From the NCBI GenBank assembly GCA_050173015.1, contig JBFXLE010000010.1, positions 46,841 to 110,840 of the forward strand: a stretch of DNA of 64,000 nt. The letters run 5' to 3'. The position numbers and the translations under genes are program-made. The notes below the pieces were generated by a model, which saw only the letters and a program-made list of their open reading frames with translations, was not told where the DNA came from and ran no database searches. Numbering within the stretch: position 1 is the stretch's first letter; each line of letters begins with the position of its first letter. Positions 40,233-46,728 of this stretch are shown one piece after another. Origin of the DNA: Calditrichaceae bacterium. Its GTDB lineage: Bacteria > Calditrichota > Calditrichia > Calditrichales > JBFXGD01.

Positions 40233-40985
40233 TTATAGTTTATTTTTATGAATCAATGATATTTCTTCATAAGAAATTGAACCGGCAAAAATTTCATACC
40301 CTTTTTCATTTAATTTTTTTATTATTTCTTTGGATTTATAATTATTTAAATCAAAGAGCCTGTCATGAAACTCAACGAGTATTTGATCAATGGTGACTGT
40401 AGAATCCAGTATTTTTTCCAGCACGGTGTATTCGGAACCTTCAATATCCATTTTTAGAACATCGATATGCTGATGCCCTAATTCACCGGTAATTTCATCA
40501 AACAATTTCATTTTAACTTTTATCGAATTCTTTGGATTTACACCATTTATTTTAATTAGACTGCCGGATATCCCTTTGGGATTGGCGGGTAAGTAGAAAT
40601 CCACAAGGCCCGATTTTAAATCACTTATACCCCAATCAAAAAAAGTGAACAAATCAGACAGTTTTTTGTTTTTGATATAGTTTATTGATAGTGGGGTTGG
40701 ATCAAACGCAAAAATCTTACAGTTGTGCTTTTTTATACAGGTCAGGTCAAATGAGATATCTTTTCCAATTCCAAATGAATAGATAATAGAATCAGATGAA
40801 AGCAATTTAGGATTGACATAGAAACCTCCATAGCTGCTCCCATACCATTCATAATCACAATTTACCGTGTTCACTAAATGGGCTACTTTTTTCTTATCTA
40901 TTTGCTCAGAGAGAAGTTTTTTTCTTTTTTTAGACGCGTAATTTAATCTGGCTGAATTGATTATATTTTTAATTTTTTCTATCAT
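40233..40985 (-). CDS. FkbM family methyltransferase
   Basis: 250 aa. IDVLKMDIEGSEYTVL is the hallmark FkbM motif (lK.D.EG.E..vL). The gene is visibly AT-rich. Confidence 0.75.
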   Translation of the reverse strand: MIEKIKNIINSARLNYASKKRKKLLSEQIDKKKVAHLVNTVNCDYEWYGSSYGGFYVNPKLLSSDSIIYSFGIGKDISFDLTCIKKHNCKIFAFDPTPLSINYIKNKKLSDLFTFFDWGISDLKSGLVDFYLPANPKGISGSLIKINGVNPKNSIKVKMKLFDEITGELGHQHIDVLKMDIEGSEYTVLEKILDSTVTIDQILVEFHDRLFDLNNYKSKEIIKKLNEKGYEIFAGSISYEEISLIHKNKL

Positions 40986-41006
40986 ATAAATAAATTTACT
41001 ATTGGT

Positions 41007-41918
41007 TTAATCAAATACATTGTATTTTCTCTTAACATATTTTGCGCCCCAAAATGAAGTAAGATAATATGCCAAAGTTTTTAAATTTAGCTGAGACCGC
41101 AGGAAAAAAAATCTCGCTGTCTGCATATTATTCATCAGGTAATAATAACGCGCTATTGTTCCATGAATTTTTTTATACGAAGTTTTTACTTCTTTAGGAT
41201 AAACATTCATAAAGCCTTCAATAAACATAAGTGAGAAATAAAAATCTTTTCTGCGATAATCTTCATTCAGAGATAAATTAGTATCCGTCACATATCGATT
41301 ATATAATGAATCACATATCTCAATGGATGCTTTTTCATGAAACAGTCTCAAAATCCAATCGAAATCAACTATCCCAAAAACTTCTTCAAAAAGAATATCT
41401 TTCAGTTCTTTCCTATATATGATACCGCTTAAATACGTGTTTTGACCGGCTAATGATTTCGTTAATCTGTTTAAAAAGGTTGTGTTTGATTCAAAATATA
41501 AAAAATCAACTTTCGATTTGTTTATTTTATCGATTTTTCTATTCTCTTTTTCATTGATGACAGAATGCCCGGATGTGACGATAGGAACTTTCTCTAAATA
41601 GGGTAATTGTGAAAGTAATCTGTTTTCTTTCCATTCATCATCGTGATCAACGATACAGATATAGTCTCCGGAAGATTTTTTTATACCCATGTTTCGTCCT
41701 TTATTAGGGCCGCCGGAGTTTTTATCATTAGTTAATAAAAGTAGATCATAATTTTTAACTATCTCAACCGTTTTATCGGTCGAGCAATCATCAACTACAA
41801 TCAATTCGATATCAAATTCTTTTCGAAGACCTTTTTGATTTAAAATAGAATCCAGGGTTCTTTGAATGGTTTTTTCCGAATTGTATGTTGTAATTATTAC
41901 AGAAACTAATTTTTTCAT
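41007..41918 (-). CDS. family 2 glycosyltransferase
   Basis: 303 aa. VSVIITTYNSEKTI...LIVVDDCSTD...DHDDEW are GT-A fold GT2 motifs (DxD-type). Visibly AT-rich. Confidence 0.85.
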   Translation of the reverse strand: MKKLVSVIITTYNSEKTIQRTLDSILNQKGLRKEFDIELIVVDDCSTDKTVEIVKNYDLLLLTNDKNSGGPNKGRNMGIKKSSGDYICIVDHDDEWKENRLLSQLPYLEKVPIVTSGHSVINEKENRKIDKINKSKVDFLYFESNTTFLNRLTKSLAGQNTYLSGIIYRKELKDILFEEVFGIVDFDWILRLFHEKASIEICDSLYNRYVTDTNLSLNEDYRRKDFYFSLMFIEGFMNVYPKEVKTSYKKIHGTIARYYYLMNNMQTARFFFLRSQLNLKTLAYYLTSFWGAKYVKRKYNVFD

Positions 41919-42320
41919 CTTGTTTTTATCATACTTTATTAGCTGGATGCATTCAACGGGTTAAACTGACTATACTATTTATTTTATTTTAATAAAAATC
42001 ATCAATGGAATTCTATATTGTTTGCAGTACCTTTTTCGATATTTATATATAAATCTCTCTAAATTTCGAATCGGATTCTCCAAATACCATTGAATATATC
42101 TCAATTCCGTTTCTTGTTCAAGCAGTGAGTAAAACCCATGTCTTAGCTGACGCTATTTTTCAATTTTCCGGTCACCAATGTTCATGGTGTTTTATTATAA
42201 GCTGCAGTTTCTTCATTGTCTGAACTATGACCTGTCCGACTGTTATTTACTCTTTTTCTTTTTTCGTTTATCTTTTTTCTTAAGCTTCTCACGTCCTGCT
42301 TAGGCACGAACATCGTGCTC

Positions 42321-43680
42321 CTGCTCTTAACTCTTACACTCTATTCTCTTAACGCTCTTTAATTCTCACTTCCTACTTTTCTTCTTCTTCCTACTTCTTA
42401 CTTATATTCTTCCCGAGAAAGCAGAAGATCCTTCCAGGATGACTTTTCGGGAAGGCTGGATAAGGCATCTACTCTTAACTCTTACACTCTTTTCTCTTAA
42501 CGCTCTTTAATTCTCACTTCCTACTTCTTACTTCTTACTTTTCTTCTTCTTCCTACTTCTGACTTTTATTCTTCCCGAGTAAGCAGAAGATCCTTCCAGG
42601 ATGACATTTCGGGAAGGCTGGATAAGGCATCTACTCTTAACTCTTACACTCTATTCTCTTAACGCTCTTTAATTCTCACTTCCTACTTCTCACTTCCTAC
42701 TTTTCTTCTTCTCCCTACTTTTTGAATGGCCAAAAAGTAGCAAAAAGCCCTGGCGAATTTTAACTCGTTTAAATTTTTCCGTTTTTCTCATTCATCCACT
42801 CAGACAGAAAATTCGCCCCGAAGAATCATTTTTTCTACATCCTTCCAAGGTAGCCAAAGATGCCTTCGGCATGACATTTCGGGAAGGCTGGATAAGGCAT
42901 CTACTCTTAACTCTTACACTCTTTTCTCTTAACGCTCTTTAATTCTCACTTCCTACTTCCTACTTCTTACTTTTCTTCTTCTTCCTACTTTTTGAATGGC
43001 CAAAAAGTAGCAAAAAGCCCTGGCGAATTTTAACTCGTGTAAAAATTAACCGTTTTTCAATTTACTCCACTCAGACAGAAAATTCGCCTCGAAGAATCTT
43101 TTTTTCTACATCCTTCCAAGGTAGCCAAAGATGCCTTCGGCATGACATACGGATAGATTAACCGGTTTCACCGCGGTTGACTATGACATCGCCTGCCCGG
43201 ATTCAGACACCCCCACTCTTAACTCTTTTCTCTTAACGCTCTTTAATTCTCACTTCCTACTTCTTACTTCTTACTTTTCTTCTTCCTACTTCTAACTTTT
43301 ATTTTTCCCGAGTAAGCAGAAGATCCTTCCAGGATGACATTTCGGGAAGGCTGGATAAGGCCCCTACTCTTAACTCTTACACTCTTTTCTCTTAACGCTC
43401 TTTAATTCTCACTTCCTACTTCCTACTTCTTACTTTTCTTCCTCCCTACTTTTTGAATGGCCAAAAAGTAGCAAAAAGCCCTGGCGAATTTTAACTCGTG
43501 TAAAATTTAACCGTTTTTCAATTTACTCCACTCAGACAGAAAATTCGCCCCGAAGAATCATTTTTTCTACATCCTTCCAAGGTAGCCAAAGATGCCTTCG
43601 GCATGACATTTCGGGAAGGCTGGATAAGGCCCCTACTCTTAACTCTTACACTCATTTCTCTTAACGCTCTTTACTTTTCA
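42321..43680 (+). repeat. mosaic non-coding tandem array: 7 copies of a ~90-nt pyrimidine-rich core alternating with two linker types
   Basis: Cores (CTACTCTTAACTCTTACACTCT.TTCTCTTAACGCTCTTTAATTCTCACTTCCTACTTC...) start at 42321, 42469, 42631, 42901, 43214 (partial), 43364 and 43634 (partial). The short linker S1 (~65 nt; hairpin CTTCCCGA...TCGGGAAG) follows cores 1, 2 and 5. The long linker S2 (~180 nt; 9-bp and 10-bp inverted repeats) follows cores 3, 4 and 6. A unique insert lies at 43142-43213. The track shows no ORF of 60 aa or more in any frame across 41919-43683. Confidence 0.9.
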
Positions 43681-43683
43681 TTC

Positions 43684-44532
43684 TTATACTTCAATAAATC
43701 TCATAAATAGAAATATCAACAGGCCAAGGGTTGCTCCCAGATATATCCGGCGGATATATTTTCTTCCCTCTTCATTGGTGGATTTCACCAATCGCATAGA
43801 GGGATAAGCAATCGCGATATCCATTATTAAAATTGGTATCAAATAAACCATTGGAAACCAAGCCAATATAAATGGAACCATGGTTAGAAAAACAACAAAA
43901 AAGAAAATGGAGCTGCTTATTTGTAGCGCTGTTTGTTTTCCATATTTAATCGCCAGCGAATTTGAATCAATCAGAAGATCTCCCTGCATATCCATAGAAT
44001 CGGCTGCGATTTCTTCTCCTAAATCTATTAAGGCGGCGATGACGCCAAAAAACCAGACCATTTTATTAAAGGGTAAACCAACGGATACACCACCAAAAAT
44101 AAATGTCATCCCCACAGAAAAACTTACCATTAAATTTCCCGGTAACCCGCTTTTTTTAAATTTTCGGTTATAAAGAAATCCAATAATTGACAGTATAATT
44201 ATACAAATTAACGCTGTTAAACCAAGCAAATATCCAAGAATTATGCCGAGCGATAAAAGAATTATAGATAGTAATAGCGCTTCCTTCAGGGTAACAAGGC
44301 CTGAAGGTATGGGCCGGCCGGGTGAATTTATTTTATCCGTTTCAACATCGAAATAGTCATTTAATACCAGTATGGAGGCGGAAATAAAAAAGACCGCAAA
44401 AAAGGCGAATATTGTTTCAGAAGGGGATGCAAATCTTCCCAGGGCCAGCAACTGCCCCATAACAACACAGACACCTGCGGAAAATGGAAGTTCAAAACGC
44501 ATTAAACCGAATAGCCCTTTAATATTCTTCAT
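43684..44532 (-). CDS. UbiA-superfamily aromatic/polyprenyl prenyltransferase (DGGGP-synthase-like)
   Basis: 282 aa with about 8-9 TM segments. First Asp-rich motif LNDYFDVETDKINSPGRPIPSG, second acidic motif ...DLGEEIAADSMDMQGD. Confidence 0.8.
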   Translation of the reverse strand: MKNIKGLFGLMRFELPFSAGVCVVMGQLLALGRFASPSETIFAFFAVFFISASILVLNDYFDVETDKINSPGRPIPSGLVTLKEALLLSIILLSLGIILGYLLGLTALICIIILSIIGFLYNRKFKKSGLPGNLMVSFSVGMTFIFGGVSVGLPFNKMVWFFGVIAALIDLGEEIAADSMDMQGDLLIDSNSLAIKYGKQTALQISSSIFFFVVFLTMVPFILAWFPMVYLIPILIMDIAIAYPSMRLVKSTNEEGRKYIRRIYLGATLGLLIFLFMRFIEV

Positions 44533-44947
44533 AACCCTTCCACAAATTTGTTTGCAATGGTTTTTGTATGTGAGGCGGAATTTAGAATTCCCCGCTTGCT
44601 AAAGAAAGATTAAATTTCCTCCGTACCTGATCAATAACAGCAATATAGATGATTTAGGATAAGCCGGAGGAATATATGGAAATTTTTAAGCTAAAGGAAC
44701 AGGTTTTGATAATTTTCCTTATCAGCGGAAAAGATTCACCGGATCGCGAAAGTTGGACCAACACAGAGAACACCGAAAACAATGCCGGCGCCGAAAAAGC
44801 AGCATCGGAAAATATGATGTACATTACACCACTCCGGGTTTCCCCGAAGAACATATATCGCCCCTGTCAAAAAGAAATTCCGGGAAGAGAGGGTATCATT
44901 TTCCCGGAAAGTTTTAACCAAATACACCGATAGGAATTGACAGACCT

Positions 44948-45180
44948 ATTCCGGAGGGGAGCCTGAAACCGCGGAGGGAAGGGTCACATTCCGGAGGGAA
45001 GGTTCAAACTTCGGAGGGAAAGGGTACAATACCGGAGGGGAGCGGTCAAACTTCGGAGGGAAGGCGAAAAACTCTGGAGGGGAGGGGTATATTCCCGGAG
45101 GGAAGGGTAAAACTGTGGAGGGGACGCCTAAAATACCGGAGGGGAAGGTCAAAACAGGAAGGGAAGGGTAAAAATCGATG
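44948..45180 (+). repeat. eleven tandem ~20-22-bp repeats with a GGAGGG(R)A(R)GG core
   Basis: Units start near 44951, 44970, 44989, 45011, 45031, 45051, 45074, 45094, 45115, 45136 and 45157. The consensus is roughly YCGGAGGGRARGGKYMAAAMY. Confidence 0.9.
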
Positions 45181-45202
45181 CGCCGGGGGAAAATAATCAT
45201 AG

Positions 45203-45363
45203 CCCCGATCTTTAGATCGGGGATAAGGAGAAACCAAATAATGATGGGCTTCAGCTCAAATTTGGCTAAATCCATTTATATACGGAAATAAAATAATCCA
45301 CGAGCTGAAGCTCGTGGCAATGAGATTAAATTCCTGATCATTGCCACTATCTTTAGATAATGG
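45203..45363 (+). repeat. three covarying 8-bp-stem tetraloop hairpins (CCNNNNNC-loop-GNNNNNGG)
   Basis: CCCCGATC-TTTA-GATCGGGG (45203-45222), CCACGAGC-TGAA-GCTCGTGG (45298-45317), and CCACTATC-TTTA-GATAATGG (45344-45363, one mismatch). A degenerate fourth copy lies at 45399-45418. Confidence 0.7.
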
Positions 45364-45426
45364 ACCGGAAGCCCGGGATGGCTGGAGTATTTTGGATTCC
45401 ACGGGCTAAAACTCACGGCACAGGAT

Positions 45427-45478
45427 CGCGTGGGGTCTGTTTTTCTACAATGATCATCCCTTTGGAATTGGGAAACGG
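45427..45478 (+). repeat. REP-like repeat copy C (TTCTACA module)
   Basis: CGCGTGGGGTCTGTTTTTCTACAATGATCATCCCTTTGGAATTGGGAAACGG aligns with the reverse complement of copy B (..GGGGTCGCGG...TTCTACAAAAATTTCATCCATCCGGGATTGGGAATGACGG). Confidence 0.55.
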
Positions 45479-45644
45479 ATTGATGCGTTTTGTTAACTAC
45501 CTGGTTATCATAAACCTCTTGAAATTTTCATGCCGGTTGTTTATAATGGTAACGATTCTTGTATAGGATATTATTTTTTTTAACATTAGAGTAAAACGAT
45601 AATTAACAGGGACGTCTAATCAATATGTTAGTGGCTTCAATTTT

Positions 45645-45740
45645 GTCTCAGATGGCTGAAATGGCAAGGCATAACTGGAAACCAAGCCTGTTAAGCTTGG
45701 TGATAAGGTTACATTGCAGGTTCGAATCCTGCCTGGGGCA
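45645..45740 (+). ncRNA. tRNA-like element (non-canonical; Asn-type anticodon loop, canonical T-arm, oversized D and variable regions)
   Basis: T-arm GCAGG-TTCGAAT-CCTGC. A 7-bp acceptor-like helix GTCTCAG/CTGGGGC (2 G-U pairs) is extendable by TTTTGT/ACAAAA. Stem-loop CAAGC-CTGTTAA-GCTTG (anticodon GTT). The 5' region is about 11 nt too long, the variable region is 16 nt, and position 8 is A rather than U. Confidence 0.4.
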
Positions 45741-45780
45741 CAAAATGTAATATTTAAGAGGGAATGAATTTAATTTTTCT

Positions 45781-45948
45781 ATGAATATTTTTTTTCTACC
45801 ACTAGGTGACGGTGATGAAATTGGCACCAGCAGTTATTATTTACAAATTGGTAATACAAAATTATTATTAGATGCCGGAATAAGGCTAAAGGCATCGTCT
45901 GTTTTTCCAAAATATAACTATTTATATAGTAAGCCTCCCTACTCTTAG
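45781..45948 (+). pseudogene. truncated N-terminal fragment of an MBL-fold/beta-CASP-type hydrolase gene
   Basis: A 55-codon ORF (below the track cutoff) reads MNIFFLPLGDGDEIGTSSYYLQIGNTKLLLDAGIRL..., which fits the beta-CASP/MBL N-terminus (..LG...EIG.S.Y.L.....LLLD.G). It ends before any HxHxDH motif, exactly where the core-like repeat (CCTCCCTACTCTTAGC) begins. Confidence 0.55.
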
Positions 45949-45954
45949 CTTTTT

Positions 45955-46010
45955 TACTTCCTACTTCTTACTTCTTACTTCCTACTTCTTACTTCCTACT
46001 TCTTACTTTT
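45955..46010 (+). repeat. heptanucleotide microsatellite (TACTTCY)x8
   Basis: TACTTCC TACTTCT TACTTCT TACTTCC TACTTCT TACTTCC TACTTCT TACTTTT. The same heptamer tract is embedded in every core of the 42.3-43.7 kb array. Confidence 0.9.
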
Positions 46011-46018
46011 TCTCCTCC

Positions 46019-46047
46019 TTGACATCCCATCATAAAACGGGTAAATT
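46019..46047 (+). promoter_or_regulatory. candidate sigma-70 promoter of yigZ
   Basis: TTGACA (46019-46024), 17-nt spacer, TAAATT (46042-46047). It lies 45 nt upstream of ATG 46092 and immediately downstream of the heptamer tract. Confidence 0.4.
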
Positions 46048-46091
46048 TTTTTCTAATTTGCCAGACGTTCTTATAACATAGATCCGGAATT

Positions 46092-46709
46092 ATGAACACA
46101 GAAAACCTATCGGCCGATGAATATCTTGTACCGGCAATGACGGCCAACGCTGAAATCAAAGTCAAGGGTTCCCGATTTATTGCCGCCATTTTTCACGCGG
46201 AGACAAAGGAATCCGCCGAAGAACAGGTTCTGATTTTAAAAAAGACAAATTATAACGCGACTCATAACTGTTTTGCTTACAGGATCGATGGCAATCTCTT
46301 CCGGTATTCAGATGACGGCGAACCCTCAGGGACCGCCGGGAAGCCCATTTTACAAACAATTGACGGTCAGAATATATATGAAGTATTGTGTGTGGTGACT
46401 CGATACTTCGGCGGCACAAAACTGGGAACGGGCGGCCTGATACGGGCTTACTCGGAGGCGGCGGCAGAGGCTTTAAAACAATTGCGGTTAAAAGTGAAGG
46501 TCCGATCTGAACTAATCCGTCTGGGGCTGCATTATGAGCAGGAGAACATCATCCGGAATCTGTTGAATGAATTTAACGGGAAAATTGTGGACAGTGACTA
46601 TACCGATCAGATTAAAATGGATGTCTCTATCCCGGAAAGCCTGCGCCGGAATTTTGTAGAACGACTCACCGAAATCACACATTCAACCGTCACTGTGAAA
46701 TCCCTTTAA
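46092..46709 (+). CDS. yigZ: YigZ family protein (IMPACT/UPF0029)
   Basis: 205 aa. ...IKVKGSRFIA..., ATHNCFAYRI and DDGEPSGTAGKPIL are the conserved IMPACT-N motifs. Confidence 0.85.
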   Translation: MNTENLSADEYLVPAMTANAEIKVKGSRFIAAIFHAETKESAEEQVLILKKTNYNATHNCFAYRIDGNLFRYSDDGEPSGTAGKPILQTIDGQNIYEVLCVVTRYFGGTKLGTGGLIRAYSEAAAEALKQLRLKVKVRSELIRLGLHYEQENIIRNLLNEFNGKIVDSDYTDQIKMDVSIPESLRRNFVERLTEITHSTVTVKSL

Positions 46710-46728
46710 TTAAAAACAAGAGAGTCCC

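Noticed and set aside
41980-42141. 53-codon minus-strand ORF (MGFYSLLEQETELRYIQWYLENPIRNLERFIYKYRKRY...) just upstream of the GT2 gene.
   Set aside because: It is below the ORF-track threshold, has no recognisable family and no obvious RBS. It may be a remnant of a neighbouring glycan gene, so it is mentioned in a finding but not called as a feature.
42321-43680. Possible CRISPR array.
   Set aside because: The repeats are about 90 nt, far longer than CRISPR repeats. The intervening segments are not unique; only two linker types recur. The window has no cas genes and no leader-like organisation.
44676-44933. 85-aa plus-strand ORF with a good GGAGGA Shine-Dalgarno 6 nt upstream of its ATG.
   Set aside because: I recognise no family. 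Its composition is not protein-like in any distinctive way, and two minus-strand ORFs of similar length overlap it. The RBS-like motif may be coincidental in a GGAGG-rich region. It is left uncalled and could be revisited with conservation data.
44946-45275. Minus-strand ORFs (109 aa and 63 aa) that would encode a Pro-rich PPxF heptad-like protein.
   Set aside because: They simply read through the GGAGGG repeats (CCCTCC gives Pro-Ser/Pro-Pro). The repeat period drifts between 20 and 22 nt, so the repeat is not kept in frame. Two overlapping frames are both open, and I saw no convincing RBS. I keep this only as a low-probability alternative in the corresponding finding.
45380-45745. tmRNA (ssrA) or tRNA-Sec interpretation of the tRNA-like element.
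   Set aside because: For tmRNA, the 5' GGGG.UG end does not pair with the 3' end, and there is no tag-ORF/resume codon context. For tRNA-Sec, the anticodon loop reads GUU rather than UCA, and I could find no 6-bp D-stem. Hence it is reported only as a tRNA-like element.
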